From: Macrostomum lignano
Taxonomy: Eukaryota
Assembly (NCBI GenBank): GCA_002269645.1
Contig: NIVC01002897.1
Span: forward strand, 1-64,000
Length of the DNA: 64,000 nucleotides
Reading direction: 5' to 3'
The notes under the pieces are model-generated. The model saw only the letters and a program-made list of their open reading frames with translations. It did not search any database and was not told the DNA's origin. Shown here piece by piece: positions 23,953-35,254 of this stretch (position 1 is the first letter of the stretch; the number at the start of each line of letters is the position of its first letter). The position numbers and the translations under genes were made by a program.

Positions 23953-26900
23953 CTACAAAAAGAACATGCTGTCGTCCCTCGAATAAGCAGGCTCAATCTT
24001 TTCGAGTCTTAGCGAGGCCGGATCCGTGGCGGCAGACTGGCGCGAGCTGACACTGCTAGCGTCGGGACTGGAGTCCTCGCCTTGCCAAGTTCGGGCTCTG
24101 AATGCGCACAGGTGAGCGTAGTACACTGGAGAGGGGATGCTCACCTGTAGAGATATGGGAACATGCTATATGTACATGTACACACACTGCATAGTAGAAA
24201 TATTCAGTATTGAAGTCGTCTGACTTTATTGAAAATCTCTTATTACATCGAACAATGTACTGAGGCAATTTCACAACCAGAACCTAGTCACATTCACAAC
24301 ACAACCTAGTCTCATTCACATAAAAAACTAGTCACATTCACAACACAATCCAGTCACATTCACAACACAACCTAGTCTCATTCACATAAAAAATTAGTCA
24401 CATTCACAACACAATCCAGTCACATTCACAACACAACCTAGTCTCATTCACAACTTAGTGACATTCACAACCTAGTCACATTCACAACACAACCTAGCCA
24501 CATTCATATAAAAAACTAGTCACATTAACAACACAACCTAGTCTCATTCACAACCTAGTCACATTAACAACACAACCTAGTCTCATTCACAACCTAGTCA
24601 CATTAACAACACAACCTAGTCTCATTCACAACCTAGTCACATTAACACAACCTAGTCTCATTCACAACCTAGTCACATTAACAACACAACCTAGTCTCAT
24701 TCACAACACAACCTAGTCTCATTCACAACACAACCTAGTCTCATTCACAACCTAGTCTCATTCACAACACAACCTAGTCTCATTCACAACCTAGTCTCAT
24801 TCACAACACAACCTAGTCACATTAACAACACAACCTAGTCTCATTCACAACCTAGTCACATTAACAACACAACCTAGTCTCATTAACAACACAACCTAGT
24901 CACATTAACAACACAACCTAGTCACATTAACAACACAACCTAGTCACATTAACAACACAGCCTAGTCACATTCACAACACTTTCACCGTACACTCACCGA
25001 TCTGGTGCAGCGCATGTACACGTGGCACAGGTAGTAGGTGAACAACTGCAGATCGTCAGAGCTCCACTTATTGTCATCCCACAGCACGTGGTACAGAGAC
25101 GGCTTGGAGGTGCCCTGGATGCCTTCATGGCTAAGCAGATAGAAATTGAACTCCCGTTTGTGCACTATGTCAGTGTCCACCACAGTGCCTGCCGGGCAAT
25201 TGCCGCTCTTGCCAACAGCATCCTGCCTACTAGCTGGGAACAAGCGAGTATGGTGCCGCTTGCCAACTATGATGAAGGTGATTCGAGGCTCGTACTCGTT
25301 GCCGGTCGCCATCTCCGTGCAAGCCTGCTGGATTGCGGCAACCTCGTGTCTGAGGACTTCGGTGAATTGGCCCTCTGAGACGCCGTCTCTGTAGAACATT
25401 ATGCTGGTAGGCTTAAAGCCGTTGCGCTTGTAGAACTTCAATAGCAGAGCTTTGACTGCGCCTTTCATATCGTCTATCACCTCCTTCACAGCGTTGGTCT
25501 CAGTGCCTTTGCGAGACACCTGACAGAGTTGAGAAGAGCGAAGAAGGTTTGCTGCTAGGTTTTGTGAAATTGCTTGTGTCTCCTGTCTCACCCTCATCTA
25601 TCCGTATAAAAGTGGGACTGTCACATTTTTTTGGTGACAGTCGAAATTGTGACACTGCTTGTCACGCTTGTGACAGTGATGTGACAGTCAGTTATTAATG
25701 TGACCGTCGATGTGACACTCAAACAAACTGTCACAGCTGTGACCGTCCATGTGACAGTGAAATATTGTCACCAGTGTGACCGTCGATATGACACTCAAAT
25801 GTGACACTAAAAAAAAACTGTCACTGCTGTGACCGTCCATGTGCCTCGTGTGTTTAGTTGTTTTAAGCAATGGTAAAAAACTAACAATTTGGTAGAGTAA
25901 TATTTCCGATGCATCATTTTTTCTATTAAACGTGGTCTAGTTATTAGCATGTTAATTACGTGCCTCAATTTCTGTGCATAATCATCAAGTCAAATAAGTA
26001 TTTCCACGTGTATTGTTATACACATCTGCAATACAATCCACTCCACTTATCCAGTCAAGCACGTACATGCACAATATTTCAGTAGCAAACTAATAAATCA
26101 ATCATGATCACTGGTTCACTGGCATCCCGCTTGTCTTTAGTCGTCCAACCCATCTCCTCATCCTCATCCTCTTCAATTCAAGCTCGTAATTGCTTGAAAG
26201 TTTTTTCCTACTCAAGTTGAGTCAAGTATAGGTGATGGAGGGTGAGTATACTCGTTCACTAGTTTGCTCATTCGAGTTAGAAATTGTAAATATAAATTTA
26301 ACGAAACACAGCAGATACACAGAAAATAAAGAGATAATACACAAAAATAGCAACTCGAGGAGGAACTTCAATGCGAATCTAGCAATCGAAAAATGTTTTA
26401 GGAAACAATGTTGTACAACTTGGGTTCACATGACAACACATCGACTGTCACACAAGAGACAGTTTTTCGACTGTCACATTTGAGTGTCACATCGACTGTC
26501 ACAGTGGTGACAGTTTCTTAGAGTGTCACATTTGAGTGTCACATCGACTGTCACAGCGGTGACAGTTTCTTAGAGTGTCACATTTGAGTGTCACATCGAC
26601 TGTCACAGCGGTGACAGTTTCTTCGTGTGACATTTGAGTGTCACATTTGAGTGTCACATCGACTGTCACAGTGGTGACAGTTTCTTAGTGTGACATTTGA
26701 GTGTCACATCGACTGTCACAGTGGTGACAGTTTCTTAGTGTGACATTTGAGTGTCACATCGACTGTCACAGTGGTGACAGTTTCTTAGTGTGACATTTGA
26801 GTGTCACATCGACTGTCACAGTGGTGACAGTTTCTTAGTGTGACATTTGAGTGTCACATCGACTGTCACAGCGGTGACAGTTTCTTAGAGTGTCACATTT

Positions 26901-29900
26901 GAGTGTCACATCGACTGTCACAGCGGTGACAGTTTCTTAGTGTGACATTTGAGTGTCACATCGACTGTCACAGTGGTGACAGTTTCTTAGTGTCACATTT
27001 GAGTGTCACATCGACTGTCACAGCGGTGACAGTTTCTTAGTGTCACATTTGAGTGTCACATCGACTGTCACAGTGGTGACAGTTTCTTAGAGTGTCACAT
27101 TTGAGTGTCACATCGACTGTCACAGCGGTGACAGTTTCTTAGTGTCACATTTGAGTGTCACATCGACTGTCACAGTGGTGACAGTTTCTTAGAGTGTCAC
27201 ATTTGAGTGTCACATCGACTGTCACAGCGGTGACAGTTCTTAGAGTGTCACATCGACTGTCACAGCGGTGACAGTTTCTTAGAGTGTCACATTTGAGTGT
27301 CACATCGACTGTCACACTTGTGACAGCTTATTTCACTGTCACATCGACGTTCACATTTGAGTGTCACATCAACGGTCACAGTGGTGACAGTTTATTTGAC
27401 TCACATTTGAGTGTCACAATGAAGGGTCACATGTGATACAGTCATTTGAGTGTCACAAAACTGTCACATAGTCAAAATGTGAGAGTCCCACTTTTATACG
27501 GGTAGTCTCTCCTGTCTTATTCTCATCTAGTCTCTCCTGTCTCACCCTCATCTAGTGTCTAATCTCACAATCATCTAGTCTCTCTAATCTCACTCTCATC
27601 TAGTCTCTCGTGTCTCACTCTCATCTAGTCTCTCCGTCTCACCCTCATCTAGTCTCTCCTGCCTCACTCTAATCTAGTCTCTGCTGTCTCCCCCTTATCT
27701 AGTCTCTCCTGTCTCATCTTCATCTAGTCTCTCCTGTCTCATCTTCATCTAGTCTCTCCTGTCTCACACCCTCCCTTCAAGCTGAATTCCTAACAAAGCA
27801 ACACCGATCCGTCCCCAATGCCTGACCTGCTCCCTAAACTCGGCCGAATATCGAGTAAAATTGACATCCATGGAGGCGACCACAGCAGCAATAGACTTTC
27901 GAATAGAATTGTCGCCAGTTGGCGCAGGGTGGGTGACGTCAGCTCCAAACACAATCATTGGCTCCTTGACGATGGCGCGACCTTCAGCGTTGAGATCTCG
28001 CGCCAGCTGGTCCAGACGCCAATTGATGCCGCCCAGCTTGCCGTTGATCTTCAACAGGATGTTGCCAACTGTCTGCGGAGACGGCGCCCGTGGGCCTTCA
28101 ACATTCTTGGACAGCACCGCCTGAGTAATGATGCCGTACTTGAGATCGCCTAGACTCTTAATAGTCTTATAAGACTCTTTGTCGAACGCGTTCACCACAA
28201 ACATTGCGAACTCAATTTTGTCCTTTTGAAACTCGCGAAACATGCGATCGATCAAGTCGTGATTGGGCCGGCCCTCCTTAACGTACTTGCAGTTGTCCTC
28301 GCGCAGCGGGATGCCGTTCTGGCCCGCTTGCTGCGTCAGCATATTGAAAAACGGCATATCGTTGCGAACCCGATCGTCCAGGTTGACGAAGGCCCATCTT
28401 TGCACCTGGAGAGATCGGCGATGAACTGTAAAAACGACTAAGTTGGTACAGGATTTTAACGCAACCCACCTTGACCTGATCTCGACCCATCATTCCCTGA
28501 TGAAAACGGTACCTAAGCCATTTGAAGCGCTTTATTTTCTGCGACTCTTGAAACGACTCAGGGACTGTAGAGTCGTATTTAAGCCGTGAGTTGCGTCTGA
28601 AGCGCATTTGGGCTGCTTGATTTATATCATTTTGACCCACTTTCAGAACCTTATAGTGTATCTACAATAAAAAAACGCTTTGAGAGTGCTTTCACTTTTG
28701 ATCGACCTTTTGTGGTTCAAACAAGTCCGTATTCCTCACCCTGCATAAGTAGTAGGAAAATGGTACGGTCTGGCCCACGTCGCTGATTGGCTGGCCAATC
28801 AGCGAGGGGGAGCCAATCAGCGAGGGGGGCCAATCAGCGGGGGGAGCCAATCAGCGAGGGGGAGCAAATCAGCGAGGGGGAGCCAATCAGCGAGGGGGAG
28901 CAAATCAGCGAGGGGGAGGCCCCGGAGGTGGGGCGGGGCAGGCCGGAGGTAAAGGTGGGACAAGCCAGAGGCGGGGGCAGGCCGAGGGAGGGGCAGGCCA
29001 AGGGTGGGGTCGGGCAGGCCGGATATAGCTAAAATAGCTAGGCATGTACATGTACGTACACTCTAGCGCGAGAGTCGGACGCCCCTCCAGACTACGGACG
29101 GACAGATTAAACAAGATCCAATCAATTACCTGTCCAGTCTCGAAAAACACGGCATTCCTGGCGTCCCACTTGCCGGGACCCCTGTCCAACTTGACGCTCT
29201 GGTTCTTGGCATAGCCGATAGCCGGACTGCCTAGCACTCGACCCCAGAGTTGCAGCATCCGGACGTCGATGTTGACCTTAAACTCTGCCAAGTAGCGACT
29301 CTTATTTAGTTCGAGCCGCTTGAGCCGATCTTCAATTTCGGCTTTTCGTTGCTCGGCCGGTACGGCCGCTTTGCGAATGATTGCGCTAACAATTTCACCT
29401 TCTTTGTCCGGCGGTTTCTGATAGGGCATCATTGTGCACAGCTCCACAGGTAGAAGGGTGTTTCGGTTGCTAGACACTTTAGCGCAAGGCATGTGCGGAT
29501 ACTGTAGATCTCTACCGTACTGTTTTTTAAAGTACTGCTGCACCGTTAGTGTGGAACCATCGTCCAGAGTAATCGTAGAAGCAGCTGGAGATCGCTTCAG
29601 GTCGAAGATGGTATGCTTGCGGGTGAAGTTGCGACCTTCTTTGGTCTTGTAGTGGCTGGCCTCAACCCGGCACATCTTCACCAGCTTGCCAAGTATGATT
29701 CGATCTTTATCTGACAGCTCTCGATTCCAAACATCATCTCGCCAGCGTTTACTTTTGCCAATTTCGTAGAGCAGATCGGCCAGGTTCTTGCTGGGATAGC
29801 AGGCCACCTGATAGTAAAGCAGGATAGTAGAGTGTAGATGAGGGATAGTAGAGTGTGGGTGAGGGATAGTAGAGTGTAGATGAGGGATAGTAGACTGTAG

Positions 29901-32689
29901 ATGAGGGATAGTAGACTGTAGATGAGGGATAGTAGACTGTAGATGAGGGATGGTAGAATGTAGATGAGGGAGGGATAGTGGGTACAGCCTAGTGGTTAGA
30001 GCATCATACTGAACCCCTAACTACTGAAAGGTCGGGGGGTTCGATTCTCGACCCACTCTCGGAACAGTTTGTGTCCTTGAGCAAGACACTTAACTCTGCA
30101 TTGCTTCAGTTCACCCAGCTGTAAAATGGGTGCCAGCATTAGCTGGGGTAATTGAGGGTGTGTGTGGCGACCCCCCAGTCCTTGGACTGAACAGCCGTAC
30201 GCAGCCTTCAGATGCGTCACGCAATAGCTGCGGCTGAGCTGTCGGTTGCACATCTGCCCATTATGATATTCATCAATTAAAATACAGCAGTATAATACAT
30301 GAGAGATAATATGATAGAAGAAGAGTAGACAGTAGAACAGTTGATTAGAAACAGTGGAGTAGATATCATATCAGTCACTAACTAACCTGGGTATTATCAA
30401 CATTGAGTCGCACAGACCACTGCGGTCTCAGGCTAGCAAACAGGCCCTGATGCATAACCCAGGGCAATTCGCCTTCGCGCTGACCCAACGGCACCGACCG
30501 TTCAAAGAACAGCGCCCTGGAGCCAATGGGCACCATAGACTTTTCAATAAATGTAGCTTTTAAAAGTACATCCACAACTCGGATAGCATCAATGGGTATG
30601 TCGGCGGTGCCCATCTCTGTAGTCAAATAGGTCGAAATGTCGCCAAAATGACGGGTAGGCGTGCGAGATTCGACTACGAGGACCGAATACTCGTTCTCGC
30701 CCTCGCCGCTATCTTTGGGCAAGAGTACCCGCTTTTTGAAAGTGCTTTCGCTGGAGACGCCAGGCAGTTTGTCCAAGAAATAGGCCACCCGTCGGCCGTC
30801 ATAGATGTACCTGAGATTGATTTGGCGTTGTTTAAAAGTATCTTTTAAGTATCTATATCTTTATCACACAAATTCATTAACATTGCCTGGCTATTTCGGG
30901 GCACAGATACTAGAATAACTAGATGGGCCACTCAGCACATTTGCGTGCAAACTACTTTCGGTTCAGTAGTTAAAATAATTTAAACAGAAGTATTTTACTG
31001 TATTTTAAAGCCAAGGCTCAACTATTGGCTTTTAACCCCGCCCTCCCCCAGCTTAAACCCTCCAGCCGCGCCTTTCCACATTCACCCCCTCAGCGGTGGA
31101 CTGGCTAATGTACATTATGGCTGAATCAATTAGCAAGTTGTTTACTCGCCTGCAAGCTTGGGCTTCTAAACTTATCAAAGTCCCCCCGCCCCGCCCAAAT
31201 TTTTATTGCCCTTCTCGGAATTCCAGTCTAAAGCTGCCACGTACATTTCAGTGGACTGGCCAATGTACATTATGGCTGAATCAATTAGCAAGTTGTTTAC
31301 TCGCTTGCAAGCTTGGGCTTCTAAACTTATCAAAGTCCCCCCGCCCCGCCCAAATTTTTATTGCCCTTCTCGGAATTCCAGTCTAAAGCTGCCACGTACA
31401 TTTCAGTGGACTGGCCAATGTACATTATGGCTGAATCAATTAGCAAGTTGTTTACTCGCTTGCAAGCTTGGGCTTCTAAACTTATCAAAGTCCCCCCGCC
31501 CCGCTCAAATTTTTATTGCCTTTCTCGGGATTCCAGTCTAAAGCTGCCACGTACACTTCAGTGGACTGGCCAATGTACATGATGGCTGAACCAATTAGCA
31601 AGTTGTTTACGCCTGCAAGCTTGCACTTCAAAACTTATCAAATTCATTTCAGCCGACCCTTTATTTTTATAAAATAGCTTATGTATTCTTCTTTGCTACT
31701 GAACTGGAAGTAGGAAGCTGTTTTACTAAGTATATATGCCTGAGTGGCCCATCTAGTTTATTTATCAAAGTCAAAGGCCGCGCGCTGTACACCCAGTGTG
31801 AGCATGCGCATGAATGCGTGTCTGCGTACAGTATTGGCTCACCTGTACTGGTTGATCTTCGGGAAGAACTTCCCCATGAAAGCGCGCATCACAGCTTCGC
31901 ACTCTGTTCGTCGCAGTTCAAATGTTTTGCCTTTCTGCCTGACGTTCTGCGTTCTCTTATTGCAGTCTTGTATTTCAAAATCGTACATAAACACGCGCAG
32001 ATCGTCGGAAAACTTGAAATTAAAATGATTAGCATATAGGGCTATTTTTCGACCTTTAGTTCCGCCGCGATCCGGCCTGGACGGCAGCTGCCGGCGACGC
32101 TGATCGCTCACGGCGGACACGGTGACCGGGAGGAACTCCGTGGCTGGTAGTGCCGCCGCGCCTTCAACTGTGCCAGTTGCGCCTTCAACTTCAAGGCTAA
32201 GCTCGGATACTTCGCGTTCGATTTGCGATGTTTCCGCTTCTGGACGACTTGGCGGTGGCTGTTGAGGCTGCTGGCGCCATGCCTGTTGCTTCTTCTGCTG
32301 CTGCGGCTGTTGCTGCCGCTGTTGCTGTTGCGATGGTTGTTGCGGCTGTTGCTGTTGCGGTGGTTGCTGCGGCTGTTGTGGTTGCTGCTGCGGCTGCTGC
32401 TGCGGCTGTTGCTGTTGCGGTGGTTGCTGCCGCTGTTGCGGTTGCTGCTGCGGCTGCTGCTGCTGCGGTGGTTGCTGCTGCGGTGGTTGCTGCGGCTGTT
32501 GCTGCTGCGGTTGCTGCTGCCGCTGTTGCTGTTGCGGTGGTTGCTGCCGCTGTTGCGGTTGCTGCTGCGGCTGCTGCTGCCGCTGTTGCTGCTGCGGTTG
32601 CTGCTGCGGCTGCTGCTGCCGCTGTTGCTGCTGCGGTGGTTGCTGCTGCGGTGGTTGCTGCGGCTGTTGCTGCTGCGGTGGTTGCTGCG

Positions 32690-32729
<40 letters not shown>

Positions 32730-32816
32730 TGGGAAACCAGGAGCTTCCTGCGAAGGGCTGCCCTGATTGCCGCCGCGACCTCGGCCACGTCCGCGAGCTT
32801 TAGATTTAGCCGGCAT
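23953..32816 (-). CDS. AGO: Argonaute (AGO clade, divergent/flatworm-type), 6 coding exons, 1122 aa
   Basis: Exons 32816-31843, 30810-30387, 29807-29130, 28405-27827, 25519-24998, 24144-23953. All are GT-AG with phases 2,0,0,0,0, totalling 3369 nt and open throughout. Domains: N ([11 protein letters not shown]), PAZ ([27 protein letters not shown]), MID ([22 protein letters not shown]), PIWI ([38 protein letters not shown]). Confidence 0.96.
24275..24979. repeat. Compound 16-21-bp minisatellite (CACAACCTAGTCTCATTCACAA)n, Ago intron 5
   Basis: Fills most of the intron. Confidence 0.92.
25601..27502. mobile_element. Non-autonomous Tc1/mariner-type DNA transposon (1.9 kb) in Ago intron 4
   Basis: 29-bp TIRs TCCGTATAAAAGTGGGACTGTCACATTTT / AAAATGTGAGAGTCCCACTTTTATACGGG (2 mismatches). 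TA is duplicated at 25599-25600 and 27503-27504, inside a CATCTAGTC unit of the flanking minisatellite. The interior carries ~50-bp GTCAC/GTGAC-rich arrays and no transposase ORF. Confidence 0.88.
27505..27765. repeat. 25-bp minisatellite (ATCTAGTCTCTCCTGTCTCACCCTC)n
   Basis: About 10 units; one unit is left on the other side of the transposon at ~25576-25600. Confidence 0.9.
28783..28940 (+). repeat. 18-19-bp array of CCAAT-box units plus GC box, Ago intron 3
   Basis: CTGATTGGCTGGCCAATCAG palindrome, then ~7 units (GCCAATCAGCGAGGGGGGA), then GGGGCGGGGC at ~28930. Confidence 0.85.
29820..29975. repeat. 21-bp minisatellite (GAGGGATAGTAGAGTGTAGAT)n, Ago intron 2
   Basis: About 7 units, abutting SINE copy 2. 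Confidence 0.9.
29979..30263 (+). mobile_element. CORE-like SINE copy 2 (antisense in Ago intron 2)
   Basis: Near-identical to 9519-9800 across the B box, CORE-like domain and 3' part. Confidence 0.85.
31095..31645. repeat. 155-bp tandem satellite (~3.5 copies), Ago intron 1
   Basis: GTGGACTGGCCAATGTACAT recurs at ~31096, 31251, 31406 and 31561; units are highly identical. Confidence 0.92.
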
Positions 32817-35254
32817 TTTTTGCCAATAGCATTAACAGAATATTTTTTAGTGTGGAAGGAAAAGAAATAATAGCTACTTGGAACTCTAATAAAACAATGC
32901 AATAGCATTCCATGCTTCGATTTATTGTTTATAGTCTATAATATACTTTCTGCCTCAGAAGGTGAAGGTTCCAATCCAGTTTGTGAGTTGGATATTTGAT
33001 GACAAATAATTTTGTTAATTTTGCCAAAAATGACTGACCACAATTATTAGCAGCAATGACAAAATATAATTATCTAACATTCAAAAAGCTCTACTTTGGT
33101 CAAATTATAAACCTTTCTTTCTGTTAAAATTACTTTTTTAAAAAAACCATAGTCTGGATCATACTTAGTGCATGCTAGAATGCTGTGAATCAATGCACGC
33201 TGACACTAAATAAATGCATGCCAATACCATTTGTAGTTAGGACAATAAAGGACCTTTTTGCAGTTTTTACTATGTGACATTCAATTATATTATAATTAAA
33301 CTAATGATACAACCAATATGTACAATGTCCTACTAACAAACTGTTGATTTCTTTTCAATTATTTACTTTTATTTTACTTAATACTTTCTGAAAAACCACT
33401 CCTCTAATTTAGCCTTTATCATTAAAACTTTTTGTGGCAAATAACTTTGAATGTTCATCTATCATATGCCTTACACTGATATACCATAATGCACATTGCA
33501 TGCCATTTGTGCATTCTCACAACTACACTTTCTTTCAGTTACATGCTGATATTTTCAAATGCATACCAAAAAATAAGAAAAACTATAACTAAAGAGGCCT
33601 AATAAATGTACCTTTTAAATAACTAATTGTTTAGTAAAAAATTAAAATATTATATAATTAAATAATAAATGATATTTAAAACCATAGCCATTGGCATAGA
33701 ATTCTTAAAACCTATTGACTTAAAAATCAATGATATAAATAAAGAAAACTATTTTTTCTACTATTCATCATACTTTTATATATTTATACTATAGCTATGC
33801 TAATACAGATAAAAAACAAAGGAAAATCAAATTAAATAGTTTTATACTCATTCTATTCCATACTTAATCTTACTTACAAAATAACAAACAATCCATTGGG
33901 CCTAAGCTATTTTTTTGTTTAGCTAGCATATGTGAAACTCCTATTGAATATATTTTGAATATTTAATAGGTCTTTAGTTTATACCATGCAAGCCAGCTAG
34001 GCCTATTTAAATTCAAAACACACTGCCTAAATAATTTATATTTTCGTTTCTTATTTCTTCAGTCTCTCTACGAGGAGCGTTGGGTAGATAAAGCAAAGAA
34101 GACCTAGCTCCATGGCATATGCATATGCATTCGGTCGGACACAACTTACCACCTTAAAAGACGAAGCTGGCAACTGATTTAAAACAGCAAAAGCGAAAAC
34201 CGAAAATAAAGATTTTCGCTTTTGAATTCAATTTTTAACTTCTATTTTGTAACCTATAAATGTAAGTGAAATAAAAATTTGCATATTGTAAAGCTTTTTA
34301 ACAGCGTAAGACAAGTATGGTTAAAACTTTTCTTAAAATAGTTCAAAACAAAACTTGTTTAGGCTCCGGTTGAGCTCCCGAACCCAGTCCAATTTCTGGA
34401 CACAAACACCTACGAAACAGCATCGAAGATTTATTTTATACTTACAATTTATTTTATCTGCATTCTCGTGTCAATGCCAAAAATTTTTAAGCCTCGACAG
34501 TGGGCAAAGCCTCGATCAACTGATGGACAATTAATATCAATATCCGGGAGCTGGCATTATGGATGGACACCCTGTTTCGCTGATCAAGCCTGTACAATGA
34601 AACTTGACAATGTCAGAAAACCTCAACTGTTGGACATCCTCAGCTAGTCTCTCTCAAACATTCCATCATCACCCGGACGCCGTCGGCACCTTTCAGCAGA
34701 CGACACCAAGCGCGTACACATGTGTACTACGAACGTATATTACAATAAAAACAAAGGAAAACTAGCGCCATGTATGATAGCTACTACTCATGTACACTCG
34801 ACGACATGTGGACGAAATTGTTTTTGTTCGTATTCTACTCTTTCTTGACTCATGCGGACTTGGGTAATATTTAATTAAATTACACTTCCAAATCTCTCTC
34901 GGGTGTCCATAGTCACACGGTTTCGTCTTTTAAAGGTGTCGCCAACCAGGGTTGTCGGAACCGGGGCATGGGGGAGGCTGGAGCCTCCCTTCCTCAAGCG
35001 ACAAGCCTTCTTTAATTTCCTTTCTTTAGCTCTGCCCGGCCCATCACCGCTTGGTTGTATAGGCCCCGTCACCCTCAATGGGGTATGTAGACACTCGTAG
35101 TTCATGTTGTTCTCAATCTTATTCCACTACACTACAGCTTTTTTCTAATGTGCTTAAGCCTAGTAATATTAGTGTTTAGCACTTTTACTTTGGCGTCTCT
35201 GATACTAATTTCGAGTCTGCCGCAATCCCAAGACTTAAACCGCTGCTGGCGCTG

